Assembly: GCA_951406725.2 (NCBI GenBank)
Contig: OX597828.1
Span: 11,036,001-11,100,000, forward strand
Length of the DNA stretch: 64,000 nucleotides
Origin: Octopus vulgaris
Lineage: Eukaryota
Direction of reading: 5' to 3'
Program-made: the position numbers and the translations under genes
In this document: positions 43,082-57,760 of the stretch, piece after piece
How positions within the stretch are numbered: position 1 is the first letter of the stretch
Layout: every line of letters starts with the position of its first letter
Notes under the pieces: model-generated
The model's database searches: none
What the model was told of the DNA's origin: nothing
The model's input: only the letters and a program-made list of their open reading frames with translations

Positions 43082-43882
43082 CATCAACTTGCTATAAAAA
43101 CAGGTAATAATTTCACCTTTTACATATTCTTAGTGCAAGTTTGGAAAGTGAGTTCAGTTTTAACAGTTATTTTTTCAAAGCTATAATGGAAGTGAGAAAG
43201 GACCATATTCGGCATAATTTGCTTTATGAGTTCAACAAAGGCAACAATGCAGCGGTAAATGCGGGAAATATTGATGTAGTATATGGATGTTGGGCAATAA
43301 GCGTAAGTGAGTGTCAACGGTGTTTCCAGAAATTCCGAGGCGAAAACTACAGCCTAGAACATAAGCCTCGTCCTGGAATATCTAGAGAATTCGGCGAGGA
43401 CGTCCTGCAAACGCTGGTAGAACAAAATCTCATCGTAACTGTTGAGGAGCTAGCAGAGAAGCTTGGATTCGGTCATTTAGCCATTCAATTAACTCCTGCG
43501 CTAGAAGAATGAACGACCACCTTTGGTTTTAAGACTAAAGGTATTCTTCCATCAGGGGAATGTTTGACGACATACAGTGAGGATGGTATTTCAAAGGCTG
43601 GCAAGTTAGAATGTGAAGCGATACCCCAACCCCTATATTTGCCGGACATTGCCCCATCTGATTATCATTTATTTCGTAGTCTACGAAAGCATTTGCACGA
43701 AAAAAAAGGGAATTCTGTAAAAGAGATCAAAACAGTACTGGAGGAGTATTTTTCGTCATAGGCAAGTCTACGAGATAGATAGAAGAACATTGTAAAAAAT
43801 GAAGGAGGGTATATCGTAGATTAAAAAAGAAGTTTATCTTAATTTTGAAAAGTATAAAAAACGCATTATTTATGGGATGCAA
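43082..43882 (+). mobile_element. Internally deleted mariner, same family as 31048-32130
   Basis: MEVRKDHIRHNLLYEFNKGNNA..., YLPDIAPSDYHLF; right TIR gcattatttatgggatg. Confidence 0.9.
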
Positions 43883-44246
43883 TGCCCGGATCTTTTGGTC
43901 AAACTATCTCCATCTGCTTCAGATGCCGAGACAAGAAAATTGTCAAAGTGTTGTACAACGGTTTACCATTTTTCAAAAGTGTAGTAAGTCCAACATACAA
44001 AGGTTTTGCAAAGTATTTCTGATTGAATAGATCATACGTGCATTGAGTTACGATTTTATGCATCCAACAAAATATTATTGTTGAGCTGAAAATGTTGCTA
44101 ATGCGAAAAGAAATGGAATGGTGAAACTATTTTTCTTCTGAAAAAGCAACGTTTCGGACCTACGACACTTTTGCATAATAGCAACCATATGTATAAATTT
44201 GTTGAGTGCCCTTACTTTGTCCATTCACTCGTGTATATATGTATAT

Positions 44247-44343
<97 letters not shown>

Positions 44344-44388
44344 CGTATATTTGCCATTTGAATATGGCTAACCCCTAAGGGTGGATGC

Positions 44389-44460
<72 letters not shown>

Positions 44461-44507
44461 ACAAATATATATTTATACATATATATATATAATCATATAT
44501 GTATGTA

Positions 44508-44554
<47 letters not shown>

Positions 44555-46018
44555 GTAAGTGTGCGGGTGTATACATATATATGTAATATATACATACATA
44601 TGCATGTGCACGTTCGTACATATATACATATATATATGTGTGTGTGTGTGTGTATAAGTATATACGTTGTTGAGTGAACATGCTAATGGATATAGAAGTC
44701 AACAGATAGCTGCAGTAGCAATTATTGAGCAACAGGCATGAATCGTCACATTTCTTACTAATACAATTCCTCAAAATTCTATCATGTGGAGTGCTCTCCC
44801 TTTATTTTCCACAACAATAAGGTCTTGATTCTTTTAAATTTTGTTTTGAACATTTTATGATTCTCTAGAAGCTTCTCGTTGGGTTTTTCATTTTTTCATT
44901 GTTTTCATTTATTGTGTAACTTCTAGCATTCTAAGAGCCTACTTGAGGCTTGTTCAAACGCTGGCGCTTATCGGTTTCTTAGGAGCGACGTCGAATAAAA
45001 AAATATTAAGTAAGAATATATATTTCTAAAAAGATTGAACAGCGGCTATGTAGATACTATTGAACGGTCTTCGGGAAGAGGCTCTTTATTGATCTTCGTC
45101 TATCGAGAAATTACAACATAAATAACAGGGAGGCAGTCATTGAAATAGACTACAATATGTTCCTAAGATACATTACAAAGAACAGAAAGAAATCCAGTTT
45201 CGCTCAGCTAAAAGTTGTTTATAATTATTGATAATGTATTGACTTAAAACACATGAGAAGAAACATCGTCAATAAGAATCATGATTGGATTCGAACACAC
45301 AAATGTGATTTATATCAATAAACAGAACCTCACTTGGCTACCTACCATCCTCCCTCCACCAACTACAGCACCTTCCCAAAAACTTAATTACAATATTGAA
45401 GAAGTTTCGAGTTATGTTACAATAATAACACTGCCACTTTGGCTAACTTGCTTGGATTTTGTCCAAATGATAATGCGTGAAACATAAACTGATACAATAT
45501 TCCACAGGCTAATATTTCTTCTATTAGCTGAACAACAAATCTCACTTCCTCTTTGCTCTTTAAGCGATAAGCGAGAACTGTAAAACCGCAATGGGAAATG
45601 TTGGAAAATTTTACTAAAGATTTCTTACATAACTATTCACAATATCATTCATTGGTTGCTTATTTCAGCAATGGATGAGATAATGAGGAGGTAATCTAAC
45701 ACTTCTCTGGTCATGGATCGTCAGTTCATAGTTGCTACTGGCGCTGAACTATATCCTTAAGCAAGATACTTAACTCATCTAGATTCTTCAATTTACCGAA
45801 GTAGAATTATGTGCCAACTAATAATAACAAAGATTTCTAAACTTTGGCACGGAGCCACACATTTCGAAGGAGGGGGTTGAGACAATTAAATCAACGGCCT
45901 CGGTACTTGACTGATACATATTTTATCGACTCGAGTAAGAATGAGTGATAGCTTTCGAACGGACAATATAAATGACATAACTAAATGCCGCAAAACATTT
46001 GACAATTCATAGTCCGAA

Positions 46019-46162
<144 letters not shown>

Positions 46163-46512
46163 CCTTTCTACGAAAGGCACAAGGCCCGAAATTCTGGGGT
46201 AGGGGCTAGTCGATTACATTGACTCCAGTGCGTAACTGGTATTTAATTTATCGACCCCGAAAGGATGAAATGCAAACTCGATCTCAGGGGAATTTGAACT
46301 CAGAACGTAATGACGGACGAAATACCTATTTCTTTACTACCCACATAGGGGCTAAACACAGAGGGGACAAACAAGGACAGAGAAACGGTTTAAGTCGATT
46401 ACATCGACCCCAGTGCGTAACTAGTACTTATTTAATCGACTCCGAAAGGATGAAAGGCAAAGTTGACCTCGGCGGAATTTGAACTCACAACGTAACGGCA
46501 GAGGAAATACCT
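46163..46512 (-). mobile_element. SINE family B, dimeric body
   Basis: Two body units with tail gccttgtgcctttcgtagaaagg. Confidence 0.85.
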
Positions 46513-46524
46513 CTAATAATAATA

Positions 46525-46925
46525 ATACGACACTAGAAAAAGAGTGGGGAAAGGATCACGATGGGGGATTTCCCTGATGGAGGAGAACCGCTAAGGATAA
46601 TCAACCCCACCATCCCTGAGTACTAAGGACGAGAGCCCATTCCAACTTATTTCTTCCGATTCACAGGTATACACTGAGAGTGGTATCATCTAGTCTTGCC
46701 ATGTTTGCAATTTTTACCTACCTTTTGATAAATTCTCTCAAGGAGAGCACCTCCCTCTCCACCCTCACTTTCCTTTTCAAGTGAAACTTGAAAAAGTCGA
46801 TGAGGACTTCATCAAAGACGAATATACTGTCTTCATTTCTTTCAGCTTCGTCCATCAGATAATCTCTTTCTCCACCAGACAAAGGTAAAATGCCTTGCCA
46901 GCCCGATTAAAGGAGGGCAGCGTGC
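46525..46925 (-). mobile_element. Probable L1/Tx1-like LINE 3' fragment
   Basis: Minus-strand LIDFFKFHLKRKVRVEREVLSLREFIKR*VKIA resembles Tx1 ORF2 C-termini (recognised from memory). Confidence 0.45.
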
Positions 46926-46929
46926 AATC

Positions 46930-47975
46930 ATCATTATAGATTTGTGCAAAACACAAAAACAGCAATTACAGGGCTTACTATCACTTTTAAAACAGTTCAA
47001 TGATGACATCAGGACTGAATTTGACCTTGATATCAGAAGGAAAATGGCAGAAACTTCCAATTTTAAATTTGACCAAAAGAATGATATAAAAGTGTTACAA
47101 CCAGAAGAAGGATACAGATACTCAGTGGTATATGAAGATGATGGAATTAAACATAAAACGATGAGGGAACAGATCTGAAAAGAATGTTATCGTAAGGTAA
47201 GGGTAATTCACAAGACAGATCTAAAGGCAAGAAACACGATCGAAGCAATTGATACATAAGCCACACCGGTCGTAACTTACAGTTCTAATATTATTTATTG
47301 GTCAGTTACTGAAATATGCAAGCTTGGCCAAAAATTCGAAAACTGTTGACAGTGAATAGAATACACCACCCTAAGGTAGATGTAGAACGAATTTACATGC
47401 CAAGAAACGAGGGTGGACGTTGACTCTTGCAACTTAAACTGACAATGAAGATTGCCACAACTAGGCCTTAACACTAAACTGAAAACTTCGGATGACTGGA
47501 TGCTAAAACTTAGGTTAAAGTACGAAAACAAGAAAACCGCATACTCAGTAACAAAACAGGCAAGGAAATATCTGAGTTCCAAATACAGCAAGTCACAGAA
47601 CTAAATGGGCAGGAAACAAGCACAAAAAAGCCAAACGTATGAAACCCTAGTTAAAACTGCTGCCCTAGATATTCTCAGTGATAAATGGCAAGAAAAATCT
47701 CTCGATGGCAAATACACAAAGAAAGCTAAAAATGCTGATATAGAGAAAATCTTTACCCAACGGTTGGCACCTCCTGGCTTAAAATCAGAGACAGAAGTAT
47801 ATATCATAGCAGCCCAGGATCAATACCTACCTACAAAAAGCTATGAGGCCAACATCTGAAAGAACGGCAGCATCCCAAAATATCGTGTATGTAAACAACA
47901 AGTAGAAACCATTGATCATATTCACTCCGTGTGCAGCCTTCTTGCGCCCACAGAGTGCCTCAATAGGAAAGATAG
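46930..47975 (+). mobile_element. R4/Dong-clade RT-to-zinc-knuckle fragment, decayed
   Basis: FNDDIRTEFDLD, HPKVDVERIYMPRNEGGR*L, KWQEKSLDGKY, LKSETEVYIIAAQDQYLPT, RVCKQQVETIDH. Confidence 0.85.
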
Positions 47976-47980
47976 AGCGG

Positions 47981-48212
47981 CAAAGGCGGCGAGTTGGCAG
48001 AAATGTTAGCGCGCCGGGCGAAATGCTTAGTGGTCTGCCGCTATGTTCTGAGTTCAAAAAATCCGCCGAGGTCGGCTTTGTCTTTCATCCTTTCGAGGTC
48101 GATTAAGTAAGTACCAGTTACGTACTGGGGTCGATATAATCGACTTAATCCGTTTGTCTGTCCTTGTTTGTCTCCTCTGTGTGTAGCCCCTTGTGGGCAG
48201 TAAAGAAATAAG
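47981..48212 (+). mobile_element. SINE family B, full monomer
   Basis: aaggcggcgagttggcagaaatgttagc head, core and tail. Confidence 0.9.
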
Positions 48213-48234
48213 AATAGCAAACTGTACTAGGAAT

Positions 48235-48880
48235 TGCTCAAGAGTAACTGGAAACGTTCAATGCGGAACAAGCCCGTTGTAGTTCATGTTTCGGCAGTTA
48301 GAAGCCACTACCCTCAGATATCAGTCTGTCGACTGGCATCCTCCTCTGGACTCCTACTGCCACGTGGTGCGTCTTTGTTTTGTAGTGCTTCTGCCCTGTC
48401 CGTTTTTGTGATGGCTGAAACGAAGGAGCAACGTGCTTACGTGAAATTCTGTTTTCCGCAGGAGAAAACGGTGGCCGAAAGAGTTGTCGTATTTCAAACA
48501 GCGTACAAGCCGTTGTCATGAGCGAAACAACAATTTACGAGTGGTTTTCAGGCTTTAGAAATGATCACTTGTCGCTTGAGGGCCAATTCCGTTCAGGGCA
48601 ACCGTTGAGCTCCCGAAAAAATGAAAACGTCACGATAATTCATGAACTGATTTTTGGAGGGCCGTCACCGAACAATTGACCAACATGTTGATATGACTGG
48701 TGTATCCAGAGGCTCCTCCCAACGAATTCTGAGCGAGGAATTACGAATGAAAAGAGTTGCAGCAAAATTTGTGCCTCGCTTGCTCACAGAAGATCAAAAT
48801 CTGTCTCGGCTGAATGCGTGTCGTGAACTGAAAGAACGGCTGGAAGTTGATCCGGATCTTTTTTTGAAAATAATATTTTT
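48235..48880 (+). mobile_element. Mariner 5' half (irritans-like), decayed
   Basis: MAETKEQRAYVKFCF..., IYEWFSGFR, RMKRVAAKFVPRLLTEDQ; truncated before the catalytic core. Confidence 0.88.
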
Positions 48881-49207
48881 TTCATCTGTTACAACTGGCA
48901 ATATTTCAGACACAGACACACACACACACACACACACACGCACGCACACACACACACACACACATACACAAAATTACGTGCTATGGGATTTGCAGATGTG
49001 GAAAAAGTGAAGAATAAATCATTGGTATAGTGATTTGTAATAAATCCTGTTTAATCCATCTTTCCTATTAAGATTTGTTTGTATGTGTGTGTGTGTGCGT
49101 ATGTGAGTGTGCGTGTGTGTACGTGCGTATGTGTGTGTAATGGAAACATTACCCGTTATTATATTATCCATAATGATTACATTTGATGAATATCTATAAC
49201 TATTAAT

Positions 49208-49618
49208 AAGGCGGCGAGCTGGCAGAATCGTTAGCATGCGGGCGAAATGCTTAGCGGTATTTCCTCTGCCGTTACGTTCTGAGTTCAAATTCTGCCGAGG
49301 TCGACTTTGCCTTTCATCCTTTCGGGGTCGATAAATTAAGTACCAGTAACGGGGTCGATGGAATCGACTTAATCCGTTTGTCTTTCCTTGTTTGTCCTCT
49401 CTGTGTTTAGCCTCTTGTGGGTAGTAAAGAAATAGGTATTTCGTCTGCCGTTACGTTCTGAGTTCAAATTCCGCCAAGGTCGACTTTACCTTTCATCCTT
49501 TCGGGGTCGATTAAATAAGTAACAGTTTCGCACTGGGGTCGATGTAATCGACTTAATCCCTTTGTTTGTCCTTGGTTGTCCTCTCTGTGTTTAGCCCCTT
49601 GTGGGTAGTAAAGAAATA
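49208..49618 (+). mobile_element. SINE family B, one head plus two body units
   Basis: Junction gtaaagaaata|ggtatttcgtctgccg at about 49435. Confidence 0.9.
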
Positions 49619-51050
49619 TATCTATAACTATTAACTGCGTTTCTTTTTTCTTTTCTCTTCTTCCTGGGAAGGTCAAATGATATATTGCCCCTTATTTGAA
49701 TCAAACGAGATTTGAAACCAGTAAAGGTGATCTATGTTCTTCCGTTCACAAAGAGTAAGCAAAATATTTTTGTTTGCACTCCTCACAATACATCTACAGC
49801 TCTCCAATGTGTAGCGAAAAAATGTTTACCTTGCGGCACGGGACAGATATAGCAACGAATCAATGCTGTTTTGTGTGTAATTAATTAAGTCATAACATAC
49901 GTGCAGAATATATTCGAGAAAGAACATTGTATATAACAATATTTCATCATTATCTACTACACCACTATAGTAATTTCCAAGTACGCTATACTGCTCACAG
50001 CAGTGCAGCATAATTTAAAAGTATACTATATTTTCTTACAAGTAAACGCCGCTTTTGCAAAGAAAATTACAGTGGAAGAAAACTGGAAAATAGCAGCCAA
50101 ATGGCTAGTATGTTAAGAATGCGTACAATTTAAGCTTAACCTTCTTTGTCTTCAGCTTGACCTCCGATGTACTCCGTTCTTCGCCTTAGGTAACTCCATG
50201 TTGTAATTAAAGAATAGAAGCACAAAAAGAGCAAAGGGTAAGACCACCCCCTCACCAACTGGGTCAACAAGACGATACATTTAGCCAACGGCATTCTGAC
50301 CATCGGCTAACCGCCGTTTGAAATGGCGCCAGCTTTGGAGAGCGAGCTATTTCAATTTGCTACGAACTGCTATTATTGATCAGACGAAATTATACCATCC
50401 TGTATTTCAATTACTATTTATGCTCCGCGATTGCAATCTTAGTAAAGATTATGCACTTTTTTCTCCCCTGAACTACTGTTTATCTTTCTCCATATTCTGA
50501 TGGTATGACTTTCTTCACTTATTTACTGAAGATGTGGTCTATATTTGTGATTCCCGATCGAAGACAAAGCTTAAATAATGGGGATATTTTCGGATACACA
50601 AATTTCTAGTGCGTATGTGAGTCGATGACTAGATGAGATACAGAAAAATACAAAGAATTGAATCATTGATTATATAAATAGTTGTGACCTACTTACACGT
50701 CTTTCTAGTTGATGAGGTGAATTCACTGCCTGTGAGTCATGGATTTCTGGTAGCGGGTTAAAATATATGTGTGTGTGTGTGTGTGTATTTATGTAGGTAT
50801 GTATGTATCTATATATATCTATACGCATATGCATTATGATAGTATCACGGAAGCTAGCAGGCTCAAGGTTTGAAGTTACTGTCCTCCTCCTTGAAAATGT
50901 TTAATAAGCATGTACACTATTAAAAAGTATTGAGTATTTTTTAAGCTTAATGTTTTTTTTCTATATAATTTATAAAAATTAACGTTAATATTAATATATA
51001 TATATGTATGTGTGTGTGTGTAAGTATATATATATTGCACAGACACACAC

Positions 51051-51120
<70 letters not shown>

Positions 51121-51689
51121 GAAAATGTGTTGTTGAAAATGCACCTAAATTTCAATAAATTCTAAATGTTTAAAATACATTTATTTACATATATACCAAA
51201 CTAGTTTCAACAATTTTTTTTTTGTTTATCAATGGTAAAAGTTTTAAATTATTAATTAGAAAAACACCTTTAAAAGTTTCAACGTTTGACAAATTAAAAT
51301 ATTTCAATGTTCACAAATTAAAATTTTCAAAACAGATAAATTTAGCATTATGAATTAGGAAGACAGGTGTAAGTTTCAAAATGTTCATAGCAGTCAATAA
51401 TATTAAAACTGTATATCAATTTGTTTGAATGTACAAAGTTCATTAATTTTAGTGGTGGTCATCACGTCATACTGAAAAAAAGAACAAGGGAGATATGAAA
51501 ATAGTATAAAAAAAAGAATTTGGTTTACAGTTTCTCTGATCCTCTTTCCGTAGATGCTTTCGCTTGTAGTGCTATGTTTTGGGATCAGATGTATTTATAA
51601 ATTTTTCTGCGAGCGAATCTGATTTTTGATCCGTTAAAATACTGGTAAGGATTTTTTTTTTATTTTCCCGTGGTCAAGCTTCTCGTTCT

Positions 51690-52234
51690 GCTTAGTTGGT
51701 TTCCCTGTGCAGACGGCCATAAGTCATTCCGGTTTGTTGGTTGGTTAGTTGGTTGGTTGGTTGGTTAGTTGGTTGGTTGGTTGGTTCTCTTAAAGGGTCA
51801 TTTCGTTGTATTTGCTGAAATTCGGTTTTGATTGGTCTGGAATTAGCTGACGCCAGCAACTGGTGCTTGTAAAATTTCATTGGACGAGAGATAGGTAGCG
51901 TTGGTAACTGGTATTTGTATGGTGATTTGGAGTTGCAGTTTTTTTTTTTATTTTTGTTGTTCTTGGTTGGACTTTTTTCTGTGTTGAAATTGAGTCCTTT
52001 TTTCTTTTCTTTTTGCTGCTTTTTCTTCTTTCTAAAGAATATTCAGCTGTAGTTTATATTTTTTAATCAGTCTGTTTTCCTTATTTAAACGGAATTGGGC
52101 TGAAATCTTTCCAGTGCATTGATAGAGAGGAAAGATTTGGTTTTTAGGGTTTATGTCTACGGGACATTGGTCTAGGTGCTTGCTTACGGGAATTTTCCTA
52201 GTGGTGGGGTCCCGGATTTGTTGCCTGTATACCG

Positions 52235-52236
<2 letters not shown>
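51690..52236 (-). mobile_element. PLE 3' fragment (GIY-YIG C-terminus plus 3'UTR), 5'-truncated at (TA)n
   Basis: TVYRQQIRDPTTRKIPVSKHLDQC...IFPLYQ...RLNKENRLIKKYKLQLN. Confidence 0.75.
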
Positions 52237-52294
<58 letters not shown>

Positions 52295-52301
52295 ACATGT
52301 A

Positions 52302-52356
<55 letters not shown>

Positions 52357-52549
52357 AGTATACAATAGTTTTCTTTTCCAGCGATGAGCACCGTAAAGGT
52401 TGAATTATAAATAGGAAATAGTGCCACAACAAGGTACCAATGTTTGCTGAAAATAGCAGTCGGTAACTGTATAGAGGCAAACGTGTGTGGGCGACGAACA
52501 TAAACAACTTTCGTCTTACCTCTAGGAAGAACACCAGAGAAAATGGACA

Positions 52550-52711
52550 GGCGCAGGAGTGGCTGTGTGGTAAGTAGCTTGCTAACCAACCACATGGTTC
52601 CGGGTTCAGTCCCACTGCGTGGCATCTTGTGCAAGTGTCTTCTGCTATAGCCTCGGGCCGACCAATGCCTTGTGAGTGGATTTGGTAGACGGAAACTGAA
52701 AGAAGCCTGTC

Positions 52712-52791
<80 letters not shown>

Positions 52792-52908
52792 AGAATAAGT
52801 ACTGGGCTTACAAAGAATAAGTCCCGGGGTCGATTTGCGCGACTAAAGGCGGTGCTCCAGCATGGCCGCAGTCAAATGACTGAAACAAGTAAGAAAGTAA
52901 GAGAGAGT
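52550..52908 (+). mobile_element. SINE family A
   Basis: High identity to other family A copies; internal deletion. Confidence 0.92.
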
Positions 52909-53055
52909 AACCTAGTATTCGAGTTTCGAACTTTCCAGAATATATTTGTTATCGTAAATCTTTCACTAATCTCGGTTCTGTTAATGGCTTCGGCTATCGG
53001 CTGGGTGTACAGGGGTTGATGTAGGGAATGTTTAAAATTTTGTTTTAGATAAACA

Positions 53056-53123
53056 TAGCTGACGAAAACTGAGCAGCTTTACGATAACGAATATATTCTG
53101 TAAAGTTCGAAACTCGAGTACTA
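53056..53123 (+). ncRNA. Type-I hammerhead ribozyme motif
   Basis: tag CTGACGA aaact...agttc GAAA ctcgag TA cta. Confidence 0.72.
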
Positions 53124-53297
53124 GGTTATCCATTTTCTCTTCCGTTCTTCCTAGAGGTAAGACAAAAAATTTAATGTTCGCCACCCGCACACATCTTTGC
53201 CTCTATTCAGTGAGGCTTTAGATAGTGTCGTATGGTTATCGACTGCTATTTCCAGCAAACATTGATACCTTGTTGTGCCACTATTTCCTATTACATA

Positions 53298-53416
<119 letters not shown>

Positions 53417-53754
53417 GGGAATAATTTTTAAAAGATATCTAAAAGATCATTTTATTTAACAGGATGTCACTAATTTTTATGGAAGAAGTTTGTGAATCCA
53501 GTTAATTTTATGTCTGGTCAGTATTTTGTGCATAAACGCCTTCGTTGTTATAGTTTTCAAGACAGGCGATTTCGCCTAATGCATATAGTGGAAGTTGATT
53601 TTTTTTGTTTGTTTGTTTTCGTAATTCCGTTAATTGGTATTGTTTCGGATTAGTAATTTTTATAAACTATTCTTCGTTTGTCTTTCGTAAATTATCATTT
53701 TCATCTTTTATTTTGTAAAAGAGGAATATTTTAAACTGTTGGGTATTTTAAATG

Positions 53755-54040
53755 TTGACTATATCCAGTTTAGCTTCGGAGTTAGAACTCTTAAAAGTAT
53801 TGTTCTTTTGCCGTTCGAAGCTGTTCATTTTAATTTTTAATTTATGAAAGGGGAATATTTTAGGTTTTCCATGAACATAAAAGTCTAGATGTCTGCGATA
53901 TGGAACAAATTTTGGAGATGAATCTTAAGTTGGTTGTACGTTCACACGACTGGTTATTTTTCCCTCTGTTTCCCCAAGGTGATTCTCATTGCATTGTAGG
54001 CATGTAATGGAGTAGATGAAATCTTTTGATTTGCATTAAG
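53755..54040 (-). mobile_element. Old PLE GIY-YIG endonuclease fragment
   Basis: CKSKDFIYSITCLQCNENHLGETEGKITSRVNV...RHLD...KIFPFHK. Confidence 0.7.
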
Positions 54041-54897
54041 ACCCTCAGGATGCTAGGTGGTTGTGTTGAACCGGTCGACAAATTATATCTACAAAGATCA
54101 ATCACTAAAATTATTGTGTATTACCTAGATTACAAGTGATTCGCGCCAATTCCAAATTTAAGCCAAGACAGATTTAATTCGATTATGAAACTGAAAACCA
54201 AAGTTTAAAAAAAAAGCTGAACCTAAGCAATGAACTTATGATTATAGGCCAAACCACTCTAACCACTAGGATACGTGCCTTCACAATAGGGAGTTAGTGA
54301 CGTCAAGAAACAGAAAGCAGTATGGACGTCACTGCAAATAAGATAATGTCAACGAAATAGGATCCAGAAATTCAGATACAGAACACTTTGCATTTCATGA
54401 CACACAAAGACCTCTTCTCATTTTACTACTATATTCAGCATATTCTTGCCTCTGCGGACCACACGTTGTCTCTCCGGATTCTTGTCTTTATTTAATTAAA
54501 TATGATTCGTGGCTAATATGATGGAATTAAGACTCACGAAATACTACACAAGAATTCGTTATTGAAAAAATATCTTATTACTACATATCAGACTAAGATA
54601 TGGTTTATGTTACAGCAATTTTGAGGTGTGTGTTTATGTGTATGTGTGTGTGTTTATTTATTTTTTCGTTTTAAAGAAAATAGTACCAAATAAGTATGCA
54701 GCTTCAAATATTTAAATTCTTATTGGACGAAACGAAACTAAGGCAAAACATTTAAGTTTTTTTTTATTTTTTATATAATTTGCTCAAGGAGTCTGAAATT
54801 TATCCATCTGCACACACAATCGTGTGGGTACACACATCCCGCATAGACACACAGGCATAGAGGAACATACAAATACATACATACATACATACATACA

Positions 54898-54933
<36 letters not shown>

Positions 54934-54968
54934 TATATGTATATTCTATCTTCAGTCTTTCCTTTGCC

Positions 54969-55004
<36 letters not shown>

Positions 55005-55684
55005 CTACTACTGCTATTACGGCCGACCATCACTTTCACTATTACAGCTAACGATTCTAGTCAACGCAAAAGACAGCCATTATGCTCCCCCACACAAAAC
55101 ACCACCACTTTTTTTATTACACTTAACTTTTAAAAATAGTCTTGATGAGGTTCGTTCTTTCAAGAAGAACCGAAACTTGTAAAATCTCTCAGAAAATTAA
55201 AATTTATCTTATATAGTGGCGTTTTCAAAATTCTTTTATATATATATATATACATACATATTGGGAAAAAGTCTTCTTTAAGCATTTATTAAATATTCGA
55301 ACACCTCCTGATTTTATACTATTTTAAATATTTTTGTTTTTAATAATTCTTTATTTATTCCTCTGAGTTACTTGCAAATTGTTGATTTGCCTATGATAGG
55401 GTGAAGAACTGGAAACCTTTATGATAAATGCGAGAATTTGATGTTCACCACCCAATGTAAAGACTTTATATAACTATATGAAAAAATAAAAATAGGATAA
55501 ATCTAGAATACATGAAGGGGCTGAATACAACACATGCGAGCACTCATACACATGACATATTTATAATGAGAGAAAGAGTGAGAGACGAACAGAGAGAGGG
55601 AAGAACGTTGATAAGTTGGTGGTAAAGGTCCAACCTAGTGGAAAGTGTATGCGAATAAGTAATGTGTGAGCGAGTACGTGTATG

Positions 55685-55724
<40 letters not shown>

Positions 55725-55747
55725 CGTGTGTGTGTGTGTATGTGTGT

Positions 55748-55778
<31 letters not shown>

Positions 55779-55828
55779 TATTGCCATTTGTAACACCCGC
55801 ACTTAACAGATATAATAGAGCAAAGAAA

Positions 55829-56286
55829 GGATATTTTCGGTTTGGACGGCAGTTTTTAACATAATTTCTAGGTAACTAAAAAATTTTTAACTTCGCTTAC
55901 TGGCAGAATGTGTTTATAAAACATTATTTTCTCTTGGCTTTATTCAGAAAATTGTATAGTTTTTAAGATATTTGTTGTTTTTTTTCTTCAATTTCTGCCA
56001 TTTCAACCAATCAGTGACGCCTATTGAGCTAAAAACTTTCTGTGCCTTATGAATATGTCCCTCGTTTAAGAAACAAATTGGGTTTGTTTACATTTGTTAA
56101 GAAAAGAAGATACCCTTCCCCCCACTCCTAACCCTAACCCTAACCCTAACTAACCCTAACTAACCCTAACTAACCCTAACTTTAAAACAGATTGAAATGC
56201 AATAGATCAATACTAGGGTCATAATTATGGGTGACAATTTCATATGACACCGCTAGAAAAAACTGCCGCTCAAACCGAAAAGATCC
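55829..56286 (-). mobile_element. TTAGGG-containing MITE, copy 3
   Basis: Same TIRs; flanks caaagaaa / gaaagaaa; (CCCTAA)/(CTAACCCTAA) array at about 56128-56180. Confidence 0.92.
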
Positions 56287-56329
56287 GAAAGAAATATTAT
56301 TTTCAAAACTGCATGAAGACTATCATCGA

Positions 56330-56711
56330 AAGTCAAGGAAAAGAAGAATAAACGTGGGTCACTGAGAAAATATAAACTGATTCCAAAGTTTTCTTCTCAT
56401 TCACTGAAAAATACATAAGATCGTTGTCAGGTTTGTTGGATTTCTGATAAAGGAAAATGACACTCTACATTGCGGTGCAAAGGACATCGCAGACATTCTG
56501 CAGAAGTATACTTCTCCACTTTTAACAATCCCTGACACAAAATCCCAGTATACCCTATCCAATATTTCATTTTTCGTCCCAGAAATCATAGCAGCTATTA
56601 GCAGCATTACAAACAACTCAACTGCAAGGCGCGACAAGTTCCCCGCTGGAGTCCTGAAGGGTTGCCGACATCAACTAGTTATTCTTGGAGGAAATTACCG
56701 GAGGCTGGCTC

Positions 56712-56783
<72 letters not shown>

Positions 56784-57760
56784 TTGTTTCAGTCATTTGA
56801 CTGCGGCCATGCTGGAGCACCGCCTTTAATCGAGCAACTCGACCCCAGAACTTATTCTTTGTAAGCCTAGTACTTATTCTATCGGCCTCTTTTGCCGAAC
56901 CGCTAAGTTACGGGGGCGTAAACACACCCAGCATCGGTTGTCAAACGATGTTGCGGGGGGACAAACACAGGCGCACAAACATAGACACACATACATACAC
57001 ATATATATACATATAGACGACGGGCTTCTTTCAGTTTCCGTCTACCAAATCTACTTACAAGGCTTTGGTCGGCCCGAGGCCATAGCAGAAGACACTTGCC
57101 CAAGCGGCCACGCAGTGGGACTGAACTCGGAACCATGTGGTTGGTAAACAAGCTACTTACCACACAGCCACTCCTGCGGCTCCATATCCTATACTTATCT
57201 TTTCCAGTAGATTGTCCAAGTTTTCAAAGAGGGCAACACTTCGCTCGCAGTTAATAACCGGCCGATCTCACTCACCTTTCATATCATCAAATTATTTGAG
57301 AGGGTGTTGAGATCTCGAGTAACTCACTTTCTCAAAAGTAACAGCTTATTTTTTTCCAATCAACCTGGTTTCAGCAATTGCCGGGACAGCCTAGCACAGC
57401 TTCTGCATCACTTTGATGACATATCAACGGCTCTGCCAGAGGAATCCAATGCAGACATCATCTATCTTGACTTCAGCAATGTCTTCGACAAGGCTGACCA
57501 CAGTATCCTATTAAAGAGAGTATACAAAATTGCAGTCCGAGGGACACTATTAAAGTGGACTGAATGTTTATTCTGGTGAACAGAACCAAGTATGTGGTGA
57601 TAGATTGTGTCCTATCAACCTCGGCAAGGGTTATCAAGGGAGTCCCACCTCTCTACAGTATTTACATCAGTGACATCATTGATGTCATCAAACGCAGCAG
57701 TATTAGAAACTTCGTGGATGATTCTAGACTTCTGAAAGTTTCAATATGGCAGAAGACGGA
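56330..57760 (+). mobile_element. CR1-like LINE RT fragment interrupted by (CT)n and SINE A
   Basis: DKFPAGVLKGC; NNRPISLT..IIKLFERVL; NQPGF; ADIIYLDFSNVFDKADHSILL; KGVP; FVDDSRL. Confidence 0.85.
56778..57178 (-). mobile_element. SINE family A
   Basis: High identity to other family A copies. Confidence 0.92.

Larger units (their letters stand above)
52410..53292. mobile_element. Inverted-repeat PLE pLTR-like element, left arm split by SINE A
   Basis: 52410-52548 plus 52908-52960 are the reverse complement of 53078-53292. Confidence 0.8.

Noticed and set aside
51690-51735. Possible hammerhead remnant downstream of the PLE endonuclease fragment
   Set aside because: Core (cggaatga) and stems are too degenerate to call
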